This document shows positions 49,261 to 57,518 of a stretch of DNA of 64,000 bases, one piece after another. The position numbers and the translations under genes are program-made. Position 1 is the first letter of the stretch. Each line of letters begins with the position of its first letter. The stretch is from Chloroflexota bacterium (GTDB lineage: Bacteria; Chloroflexota; UBA11872; VXOZ01), in contig OZ219801.1 of assembly GCA_964291655.2 (NCBI GenBank), positions 192,001-256,000 of the forward strand, given 5' to 3'. The notes below the pieces were generated by a model, which saw only the letters and a list, made by a program, of their open reading frames with translations, was not told where the DNA came from and made no database searches.

Positions 49261-49944
49261 TCACTGAGTGTCCTCAAATTGCAGTACACGGGTGAGACCC
49301 TCGTGCACAACCTTGCCGACGAGGTAGCCAATCTCCGTTGTGGGCCCGGCCCGCTGGATCCTCTCGCCTTTGCTCAAACAGGCAACAATGACACTATCAG
49401 CCGGGGCACCCGTCGCGATATTTCCCGCTTCCGTCGCAATGCGATTGTCCATTATCGCCCGCACTTTCGCTTCAGTGGCCGTGATTGTCGCGCTTACCAT
49501 AGCGCCCATGGAAAGGCTTGCGTCAGTGAGAATAATTATGTCAATTCCGCCCCCGGCATCCTGATTGCTTGGCGATGCATTGCCGGCAGAACACAGAGAC
49601 GAAAGATCCGCAAAGACCAACACCGTAATGCTCCACTTTGGCGCCGCCTCTGAAATCTGCACATAGTCATCCACGCTCCCCGACGTAACAACTCCTACAT
49701 ACGGCTCGTGAATTCCCGCCTGTATTGCCCAATTGTGCAACTGCTGACTGGACTCCGGCAATTCCGGCGATTCGAGCCCTGACATAGCCACAATATTTCG
49801 CGTGAGCGCAAGGTCGTCCCCAATGCTGGCGCAACCCAGCACTCGCAGGGGTGTCCTGCTGGCAACACGTACTACATTGGCAGACCGCGAGAGGGTAACA
49901 CCTTCGAGTAGAGTTTCGCTTTCGATAATAGGAGTCATAGCCAC
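49261..49944 (-). CDS. Adenosylcobinamide amidohydrolase (CbiZ)-like protein
   Basis: G.I.II....L...A......TATEAK...ATG...D...VA...AG..T.IG pattern; several consensus residues look divergent. Confidence 0.7.
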   Translation of the reverse strand: MAMTPIIESETLLEGVTLSRSANVVRVASRTPLRVLGCASIGDDLALTRNIVAMSGLESPELPESSQQLHNWAIQAGIHEPYVGVVTSGSVDDYVQISEAAPKWSITVLVFADLSSLCSAGNASPSNQDAGGGIDIIILTDASLSMGAMVSATITATEAKVRAIMDNRIATEAGNIATGAPADSVIVACLSKGERIQRAGPTTEIGYLVGKVVHEGLTRVLQFEDTQ

Positions 49945-50026
49945 TCACTCATCAGATGCATCAGCTCATTTGTGCAGCAGAAACCACAGAATGACATAGG
50001 CGGGCGGGGGTCACAACGCCATCTCC

Positions 50027-50055
50027 AGTATTCAATGGGCCACCTACGTTGTCAA
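50027..50055 (-). promoter_or_regulatory. Sigma70 promoter for the cbiZ-like/folE operon
   Basis: TTGACA-17 nt-AATACT on the minus strand. Confidence 0.6.
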
Positions 50056-50370
50056 CTTACCCATCACCGGTAACACCGGGTCGAAAGAGGTCCTTAGTTA
50101 AAGACGTGGCTGCTGCCTGGCGTAAATCAGCATTGCTAACCGAGTCACTTCGCAAGCAAGCCTTTCACTAACTAGCGCGTCCCGGCTGACCGTAGGTGAA
50201 GCTAACCCCTACGTCCGGTCTGACTGGTGAATACCGGATTGACGCTCTTCTGATTACGCGTTGAACGCAAGGCGTCCCAAGACAGGGTGCGGTTTTGTCA
50301 CTACAAGCCGCGATAGCAAAAATTCAGCCAACGACGTATCATTGGGACAGAACACACCTTACGCTAGATT

Positions 50371-51420
50371 GTGGAAACTCTAGGAGCTATGCAACGCACC
50401 TCATTCACCGAAGCCGATCTGCGCCAAGCAATCGACCAACTGCCCCGTGTGCATTTGGGGGTGCTTCCCACGCCCTTGGAAGAAGCCGCGCGCCTCTCTG
50501 ACAGCCTTGGCGGGCCGCCAATCTTCTTCAAGCGCGACGACCTCACCGGGCTCGCTCTTGGCGGCAACAAAACCCGCCATCTTGAGTTCATTTTGGGGGA
50601 GGCGCTGCAGCAGGGAGCCGACACCATCATCACAGGTGCTTCGATTCAATCGAATTTCTGCCGCCAGACTGCCGCGGCCTGCGCCAAGCTGGGCCTGCGT
50701 TGCATCCTCTACCTGAATGGCGAAAAGCCAAACGCGCCTCAGGGCAACCTCCTGCTCGATCACCTGACAGGAGCGGACGTACGCCTCGTGCAGGTGAGGC
50801 AACTTCCCGACCTCATTGCGCTCTGCGAGCAGGCGGCACTTGAAGAGCGCCAGGCGGGCCGAAATCCGATCGTCGTAGACCTCTGGCGCGGTATTGCCAG
50901 TTTGGGATCAGTTTCGTATGTCGATTGCGCGCTTGAGCTGAAGGATCAATTGGAAGAGCTTGGCTTACTGCGAGTCTCAATCTATCTTTCCTCTGCAACT
51001 GCCACACAAGGAGGTCTGGTGCTGGCGGCGCAAGCCCTCGGCCTCGATTGGCGGATCGTGGGCATTAGCCCCATTCGCACGGATCTCATACCAGCAGAGG
51101 TCGTAGCAAACCTGGCAAACGAAGCCGCCCAGCGCCTCAAGCTCGAACTGCATGTTTCTGCAGCCGACATCGAGAATCAAGAAGAGCACATTGGTCCGGG
51201 CTATGCCTTGCCCACAGAGGAGTCTCGAGAGGCTCTTGAGCTGGTAGCCAGTACGGAGGGCATCATCTTGGATCCCGTTTATACTGCCAAGGCCATGGCC
51301 GGTCTCATCGACCATATCCGGGCCGGGGCCCTCGATCCGTCGCGGCCGGTCGTCTTTCTGCACACCGGTGGCACGCCCGCGCTCTTTGCCTTTAACCACT
51401 GGTTTGCAGACCCGCAATAA
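50371..51420 (+). CDS. D-cysteine desulfhydrase family PLP enzyme
   Basis: KRDDLTG..LGGNKTR, QSN, LDPVYTAK, HTGG (lacks the YEGK/HLGG residues of ACC deaminase). Confidence 0.9.
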   Translation: METLGAMQRTSFTEADLRQAIDQLPRVHLGVLPTPLEEAARLSDSLGGPPIFFKRDDLTGLALGGNKTRHLEFILGEALQQGADTIITGASIQSNFCRQTAAACAKLGLRCILYLNGEKPNAPQGNLLLDHLTGADVRLVQVRQLPDLIALCEQAALEERQAGRNPIVVDLWRGIASLGSVSYVDCALELKDQLEELGLLRVSIYLSSATATQGGLVLAAQALGLDWRIVGISPIRTDLIPAEVVANLANEAAQRLKLELHVSAADIENQEEHIGPGYALPTEESREALELVASTEGIILDPVYTAKAMAGLIDHIRAGALDPSRPVVFLHTGGTPALFAFNHWFADPQ

Positions 51421-51442
51421 GAACCCTTGCATGTGAAAGGCA

Positions 51443-52027
51443 GTGCCCGTGTCTACACCATTCGGAGAGACTGTCACCGGCAAGAAAATTGCCGGCCTGC
51501 CCTTAGCGCCGGTAGAAAAGCGAATCAAGGCGGCGCTGTGGGATATGCTATTCTTCACCTTCGGTCTAGCTGCCGCAGCTATGCTGGCAGTGACAGCCGT
51601 AATCACGGGCGTTCTCATTCTTGGTGTGTCCGTTGGAGAAGTTACCGAGGATACCGTCTATCCCGACGCGGCAATCATCGTCCCCTTCGGACTGGCGATC
51701 CTCATCATCGTGTTAGCGCCGTTTATCTATTTCATTCAAGTGCCTGCCGAGTATAGCGGCACTGCCGGCATGCGCCTGGTGGGCGTCCGCGCTGTCACCA
51801 TCACCGGTGAGTCGATGAATTGGCGGCAGGCAGCCACACGAGCACTCGCCATGATCGCGTCAATCGCGGCGCTCTGCGCAGGGTGCCTTTGGATGTTTAG
51901 GGAGCCCAACCGCCGCACGTGGCACGACCTCGCTGCCGGGACCTATGTGATCGAGGAAGTGTACATCCCAAAACGGCTAAACCTTGACCCCTGGGACCCG
52001 ATTAAAGAAGAAGACGATTCTTTCTAA
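51443..52027 (+). CDS. RDD family membrane protein
   Basis: KRIKAALWD, T.GM...G.R, R, WHDLAAGTYV. Confidence 0.85.
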   Translation: MPVSTPFGETVTGKKIAGLPLAPVEKRIKAALWDMLFFTFGLAAAAMLAVTAVITGVLILGVSVGEVTEDTVYPDAAIIVPFGLAILIIVLAPFIYFIQVPAEYSGTAGMRLVGVRAVTITGESMNWRQAATRALAMIASIAALCAGCLWMFREPNRRTWHDLAAGTYVIEEVYIPKRLNLDPWDPIKEEDDSF

Positions 52028-52114
52028 TGCTTGCGGTGACTTCGAATTCCGCCCAACTGTCGGGGAATCCTGACGGGCGATTCGCATGTTGCGATGTTTA
52101 CAGAGGAGAATGGC

Positions 52115-53701
52115 ATGTACGATGTGGTCTTTGAAGGTTGCACGGTCGTTGACGGCAGCGGCGGACGAGGCTTCGTGGCGGATGTGGCCGTTCAGGACGG
52201 CAAAATAGCGGCAATCGGTGCGCTGGCGCACGTAGAAGTCCAACGAAAAGTCTGTGGAGCAGGGAAGGTTCTAGCCCCGGGTTTCATTGACATCCACACC
52301 CATTCGGACCTGCCCTTGCTCGTCAATCCCCGTGCGGAGAGCAAGGTTAGGCAGGGCGTGACGACTGAGGTCATCGGCAATTGTGGGTTGGGCCCGGCGC
52401 CGCTCACCCCCGATACCAGAGATGAGATTCGTGAAACCAGCACGTTTCTCGCCAAGGGCAGCGCTGAGCTTGGCTGGGACTGGCTGCGCTTTGGCGAATA
52501 CCTGGACACCATTGAGAAGAACAGTGTCGCCCTGAACGTCGTGCCCCTTGTCGGTCACACGCCTCTGCGCATGGCGGCAATGGGAATGGATCGCCGTCCC
52601 GCCGAGCCTGGAGAGATCGCGCAACAGCAGCAGCTTCTGCGCGAATCGTTGGACGACGGCGCCTTCGGCATGTCCAGCGGCCTCATCTACCCGCCCAGCT
52701 CGTATTCAGACACGGAAGAGCTCGTGAGCCTCGCCAACGTCGCGCATGAATATGGCGCATTGTATTTCAGCCACATTCGCGGCGAAGGCGATACGCTGCT
52801 GCGCGCCGTAGCGGAAGCCATCGAGATTGGCGAACGCGCCGATGTGTCCGTAGAAATCGCCCACCACAAAGCTACCGGCAGGAACAACTGGGGCAAAGTG
52901 CGCGATGCAACCCTGCAGAGCGAGCGCGCCCAAGACCGCAACGTAAACGTCAACTACGACGTCTATCCCTACACAGCCGGCAGCGGCGGGTTGGACCAGG
53001 TAGTGCCCAATTGGGCGAAAGAAGGCGGTACGGGAGCAATGCTGGCGCGCCTCAACGATCCGAACACCTATGCCCAGTTACGCGCAGAGGCCGACGCGGA
53101 CGGTCGCGAATGGGATAGCTTCTACCTGGTTTGGATCGATACTGAGGCCTTCAAGCATTACGAGGGGCAAGACTTCGCCGCCATTGGACAGAGCCTCAAG
53201 CTACATCCGCTGGACGCCGCGTTCCATCTCATCATGGAGAGCCGGAACAAAGCCTCTATGTTGGCATTCTCGATGAGCGAAGACGACGTGGAGTATATGC
53301 TCGCCCATCCCCTCGGCATGGTTGGCTCGGATGGATCGAGCCTCGCCCCGTACGGCCCCCTCAGTCAGGGCGTGCCGCACCCCCGCAATTACGGCACCTT
53401 TCCGCGGGTTCTCCAGGTCTATGTGCGCGAGCGCAACGTGCTTACGCTGGAACAAGCCGTCCGCAAGATGTCGGGCGCGCCGGCGGAGAAGTTGGGACTC
53501 GCGGACAGGGGATTTGTTCACAGCGGCCTGGATGCGGACCTCGTGCTCTTCGATCCTGATTCCGTGACTGAGAATGCTACATTTGGCGACCCGCACCAGT
53601 ACCCGAGCGGCATAGACCTGGTGATGGTGAACGGCGTCGTGGTGGTGGACAACGGTGAGCACACCGGCACACTGCCCGGCAAGGTGCTCCGCAAGAACTA
53701 G
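52115..53701 (+). CDS. N-acyl-D-amino-acid deacylase (D-aminoacylase)
   Basis: PGFIDIHTHSD, GVTTEVIGNCG, SHIRGE, YPY, GSDG, HPRNYGTFPR; GAGGAG RBS. Confidence 0.93.
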   Translation: MYDVVFEGCTVVDGSGGRGFVADVAVQDGKIAAIGALAHVEVQRKVCGAGKVLAPGFIDIHTHSDLPLLVNPRAESKVRQGVTTEVIGNCGLGPAPLTPDTRDEIRETSTFLAKGSAELGWDWLRFGEYLDTIEKNSVALNVVPLVGHTPLRMAAMGMDRRPAEPGEIAQQQQLLRESLDDGAFGMSSGLIYPPSSYSDTEELVSLANVAHEYGALYFSHIRGEGDTLLRAVAEAIEIGERADVSVEIAHHKATGRNNWGKVRDATLQSERAQDRNVNVNYDVYPYTAGSGGLDQVVPNWAKEGGTGAMLARLNDPNTYAQLRAEADADGREWDSFYLVWIDTEAFKHYEGQDFAAIGQSLKLHPLDAAFHLIMESRNKASMLAFSMSEDDVEYMLAHPLGMVGSDGSSLAPYGPLSQGVPHPRNYGTFPRVLQVYVRERNVLTLEQAVRKMSGAPAEKLGLADRGFVHSGLDADLVLFDPDSVTENATFGDPHQYPSGIDLVMVNGVVVVDNGEHTGTLPGKVLRKN

Positions 53702-53719
53702 ACTCGCCGCTCACTTCCC

Positions 53720-54457
53720 CTATATCCCAAACTCCAGTCGCTCTATCAACGGCACCGGCAAGTTGGCGATGCGCATTTTCTGCTGGGTTACTGCCACGTC
53801 ATAGGGCACGCGCTGAATCTGCAATTCACGTCTGGTGGAGTCGTAGACCATGAATGCGGCGTGGGGATTGTAGTCACGGGGTTGACCGACGCTTCCCGGA
53901 TTTACGATCATCCGCGTCCGGCCGTCTAGGGGCAGCGGTTCGTCAAGCTTCAACTCAATTCTGATGACATCAGGCGACGAAGTTTGGCCGGCCGCAATGA
54001 AGGCGCACGGCACATGGGTATGGCCCACCAAGCAGTAGGTTGCAGTGAAGTGTGGGAAATTCCTCTGGGCCTCTTCCGCGCGAAAGAGATATTCTGCGGT
54101 GGGTGAGCGGGGACTGCCGTGGACGAGGAGGAAGTCTCCCTCAGTCGCAGACTCGGGCATGTCCAACAGGAATTGCCGCGAACCCTTGCTTAGCTGGGTT
54201 GCAGTCCATTGCGCCGCTATCGCAGCATGAGGGTTGAAGCCCGCAGCGGACTGTTTGCAACTGGCCACCCAATCGTGATTTCCGGCCACGACCGCGTGGT
54301 CAAAGCTGCGGACAATTTCGACGCATTCATTTGGGTTCGGACCATAGCCGACCAGGTCGCCTAAACACCAGATCCGATCGAACGGCATCGCCGCCGCAAT
54401 CACGGCATTGAGCGATTCCAGGTTTGCGTGAACGTCCGCGATAATGAGACAGCGCGA
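53720..54457 (-). CDS. Metallophosphoesterase family protein (start codon anomalous)
   Basis: IIADVHAN (upstream of the ORF-track start), LGDLVGYG, GNHD, HGSP, GHTH, NPGSVGQPRD. Confidence 0.85.
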   Translation of the reverse strand, partial: SRCLIIADVHANLESLNAVIAAAMPFDRIWCLGDLVGYGPNPNECVEIVRSFDHAVVAGNHDWVASCKQSAAGFNPHAAIAAQWTATQLSKGSRQFLLDMPESATEGDFLLVHGSPRSPTAEYLFRAEEAQRNFPHFTATYCLVGHTHVPCAFIAAGQTSSPDVIRIELKLDEPLPLDGRTRMIVNPGSVGQPRDYNPHAAFMVYDSTRRELQIQRVPYDVAVTQQKMRIANLPVPLIERLEFGI

Positions 54458-54718
54458 AGCAATTCTCTCCTACTTTGGAATGTTTCAGCCGCAAACCGGT
54501 CAAAATCGGCATCGCCTTAAATGGCGTTGCGACACGCCCTGCGAAGTGCTGTAGCCATTTCAGTCGATCCCACGTACTCGGGAATCCATCCATTCTTCCT
54601 CGAGTGACCGGCCATGTCCGTGCTAGGGGCAGTCTTGAGTACCTCAAGTCCCGTGCTCCCGCCAAGCCGACTTAGTATGACGATAGAGTCCCGATGAGAC
54701 GACACTCTGCAGTCGCCT

Positions 54719-55012
54719 CTAGGAAAAGGGTATGAACTCGATTTCGCGGTCGATGATGTCCATCTCCAGCGCCAAGCCCAAAATGTGATTCGTCACTTTG
54801 TCAATTATAGAGTTCGCATGACGCGTATCGGTGCTCACGCAGGTTATGCCGATTACACACGATCCCCAAACGTCCTGATCCGCGACTTCGGCAACGGCCA
54901 CGTTAAAACGCGCCCGAGTGCGGTCGACAATGGACCGTACGACACGGCGTTTCTCCTTGAGGGAGTCGCTCGCGTAGAGCTGAAAGGTGAGTTGACAAGC
55001 GCCAATAATCAT
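54719..55012 (-). CDS. DUF503 (YlxP-like) protein
   Basis: SLKEKRRVV...RFNVAVAEV..QD. Confidence 0.92.
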   Translation of the reverse strand: MIIGACQLTFQLYASDSLKEKRRVVRSIVDRTRARFNVAVAEVADQDVWGSCVIGITCVSTDTRHANSIIDKVTNHILGLALEMDIIDREIEFIPFS

Positions 55013-55084
55013 GCGGAGGAGTAGAGATACCTAAGCATTCGCGCGCGCGACAAGAACTGACGTATCGATTGTAAATGACGAAGG

Positions 55085-55158
55085 TCGGGGTGCCCGGATT
55101 TGAACCGGGGGCCTCATGGACCCAAACCATGCGCGCTACCAGGCTGCGCCACACCCCG
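55085..55158 (-). tRNA. tRNA-Pro(TGG)
   Basis: CGGGGTGTGGCGCAGCCTGGTAGCGCG-CATGG-TTTGGGT-CCATG...GGTTCAAATCC...ACCCCGA; followed by CCT. Confidence 0.95.
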
Positions 55159-55217
55159 AAGGAACTCCCAGACACTTGATGAAGAGGACTAGAGAGGACC
55201 GCGCCTCGTGGGCCGCT

Positions 55218-55490
55218 CTAACCGAATTGGCCTGTAAACAGCGCTAGTAGGAAGCCCAGGATCGCCACCACTAGCGCGGACGCAATCGCTACGTACGCGC
55301 CCACGAACAGCCGCAAACGCAACTCTAGTTCTCGTAGTTCAGCTTTGGTCGCCACGTCAGCAACGTCGGCCTTGGTCGCCAACGCACCGTAGCCCTCGCT
55401 GCCAACGTCTATCAGCGCCTGCGCTTGGCGCTCCGTGAAGCCCGCCGCCGTAAGCGCCTGAAACGCCCGGTGGGTATCGAACACTGCCAT
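55218..55490 (-). CDS. Small DUF1640/CCDC90-like membrane-anchored coiled-coil protein
   Basis: FDTH....L..AGFTERQA.A...ATKAD..ATKAEL...LELRL plus C-terminal TM; TTGACC-18-TACAAT upstream. Confidence 0.8.
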   Translation of the reverse strand: MAVFDTHRAFQALTAAGFTERQAQALIDVGSEGYGALATKADVADVATKAELRELELRLRLFVGAYVAIASALVVAILGFLLALFTGQFG

Positions 55491-55695
55491 AGTCAGTTCC
55501 CTTCACGCCTCATTGTACGCAGGCGAAAAGCTGTCGGTCAACCACGGGCTGAACGCTCATGGCGGAGTCTAGCACTACCTGCGCAACATGCTCGGCTCAC
55601 ACTGAGACTCACCGCAAAAGCGATGTACTGCTATTGCAATGCTGAGACACTTGGCTATGCGCGCCAAGAGATTGAATCCCACGGGCACGAACGAC

Positions 55696-55732
55696 AAAGA
55701 AGAAGAGGCACGGACGTGTTGTCCGCGCCTCT
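55696..55732 (-). terminator. Intrinsic terminator after the fourth binding protein
   Basis: AGAGGCGCGGAC-loop-GTCCGTGCCTCT then TCTTCTTT on the minus strand. Confidence 0.7.
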
Positions 55733-55757
55733 CCGCCCCAATACTAAGGTATTAGCC

Positions 55758-57158
55758 CTAGCCGCTCATTACCGAGTCTAGTTCGGCTTGCTGGGTCTCT
55801 GCGAGCGTCTTCATTGCTTCTTCAGCAGTAATATTCTCTTCAATGATCTGTACGGACGCATCGAGGAACGCGCGCCGGTAGTCGCTGGCCGTCGCGATTG
55901 GCGGCCAGTAGGTCTCACCATACTGAGCCAGTGACAGGAAGACATCGAGATACGGCGTCATGCGGTTGTCCGCGCCGATCTTGGCGATGAGGCCTTCCTT
56001 GAACTCGCCTAATTGGGCGATCACGCACGGACCATTCAAGGTCTCATAGCCCATCTTGCCGGAGTTGTCGATGAACATCCACTTGTCAAATGCCCATGCT
56101 TCATCCGGATGTGTGGCATTGACCGGAATGGCATACATCCAGCCCTGCACCGAATTGAAGCGGATGCCTTCCTCAGCGCCCTCGATCGTGGGCGGCAGGC
56201 CGATGCCATACGGCAGGCCTTCGGCATTCGTATCGATGCGATTCTGCGCCCAGAACCCGGAAGAGAAGTAGGCAAGTGTGCTGAGGTACCAGCCAAACGC
56301 GGCATTGCCGTAGCCGCCTGCTTCACCGTAGAACTCATCGACGGCCGTTTTGCCGCCCTGCTTCTTGGTCAGGCTGACAAGCCAGTTGAGGGATTCAATG
56401 ATGGCCGGATCGTCCGGGGTCACTTTGCCGGTATCGTAATCGTAGAACTCCCCGCCAAAGAGGAAGCCAAGCCGCTCACGACTGAAGCTACGATAATTCC
56501 AGCCCAAGTGCGTAATCTTACTGCCATCGTGCTGATGGAGCTTGAGCGAGATTTCCTCAGTGTTCTCGAAGTCGGTCAGCGGGACTTCCGGATCTTCACC
56601 AAACTGGACGTACATGTCCTTGTTCCAGAAGTAGACGATCCAGTCCGCGCCGCCCGGCACTGCATAAAGCTGGCCGTTGAGGGAGCTATCGTCCCACATA
56701 GCCTTGGTGAATTCTTCGCGGGTGTGACCTGCCGCCTTCATATACTCATCCAGCGGACGAATGAGCTCGTTAAACATGAATGGTCCCTGGAAAACCCAAT
56801 TCGTATAGTGGGTGTCCGGCGGGGTGCCTGCAGCAATAGACGCGATCAGTTTTTGCTCGATATCGCTTACAAACTGCCAGTCCAGCGCGATGCCCGTATC
56901 GGCCTCAAATGCCGGCCCGTAGGCGCCCATAATGGTGGAATAGGGCTCGCCCCACGCTGCGTTCCAAGCCACAACCGTGACCTGTTCCTTTTCCATCTCT
57001 TCAGCAGCCTTGGGCTCTTCCTTCGGAGCTTCTTCCATCTTCTCCTCGGCTGCCGGCGTTGCGGCGGCGCCGCATGCCGCGAGCACTACCGCGGCAGTAC
57101 CGCCCCCGGCCATAGCGAGAAAACTACGACGTGTTACGTCAACATCTAGTCTTGGCAT
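55758..57158 (-). CDS. ABC transporter sugar-type substrate-binding lipoprotein (Tat), orphan
   Basis: TRRSFL Tat motif, LAAC lipobox, acidic linker, IAAGTPPD, G.LYAVP, WNKD. Confidence 0.9.
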   Translation of the reverse strand: MPRLDVDVTRRSFLAMAGGGTAAVVLAACGAAATPAAEEKMEEAPKEEPKAAEEMEKEQVTVVAWNAAWGEPYSTIMGAYGPAFEADTGIALDWQFVSDIEQKLIASIAAGTPPDTHYTNWVFQGPFMFNELIRPLDEYMKAAGHTREEFTKAMWDDSSLNGQLYAVPGGADWIVYFWNKDMYVQFGEDPEVPLTDFENTEEISLKLHQHDGSKITHLGWNYRSFSRERLGFLFGGEFYDYDTGKVTPDDPAIIESLNWLVSLTKKQGGKTAVDEFYGEAGGYGNAAFGWYLSTLAYFSSGFWAQNRIDTNAEGLPYGIGLPPTIEGAEEGIRFNSVQGWMYAIPVNATHPDEAWAFDKWMFIDNSGKMGYETLNGPCVIAQLGEFKEGLIAKIGADNRMTPYLDVFLSLAQYGETYWPPIATASDYRRAFLDASVQIIEENITAEEAMKTLAETQQAELDSVMSG

Positions 57159-57243
57159 TAGGCTCTCTCCTTATCGAGATGCAATGCTCCTGAAACCACT
57201 CACTACCTGAAGCGGGCCCATACAAGAAGCTCGCTTAGCTGGC

Positions 57244-57275
57244 GACAGATTATCACTTGTAATGCTATCTGTCAA
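57244..57275 (-). promoter_or_regulatory. Promoter overlapped by an inverted repeat
   Basis: TTGACA-17 nt-TAATCT with an extended TG on the minus strand; GACAGAT-16 nt-ATCTGTC inverted repeat spans it. Confidence 0.55.
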
Positions 57276-57518
57276 CTGGAATTGCCGGTACCAAGATGCT
57301 CCACCTTGATTGCAGATTCCGCCCTGGTAACAGGGCCTTTTCTAAGCCACGCTGGTGGTCCCTTCGTCTCCGGCCCGGAATTGAGTTGTGATTGCCAACG
57401 AAGTGGCGCCGATGCGCAAACTCTTGCATGCCACACCCTTGCCACATGAGGCTCCTCCCCTCGCGCGCGGCTGCTATGATATAACAATGCCACGGATATC
57501 GAGCCTGGAGGTAAGACT

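Noticed and set aside
49945-50300. Cobalamin, THF or ZTP riboswitch expected upstream of cbiZ-like/folE; tmRNA, SRP or RNase P
   Set aside because: None of the consensus cores could be found on either strand
54475-54705. Small ORFs between the metallophosphoesterase and DUF503 genes
   Set aside because: No motifs or convincing RBS; cannot be supported
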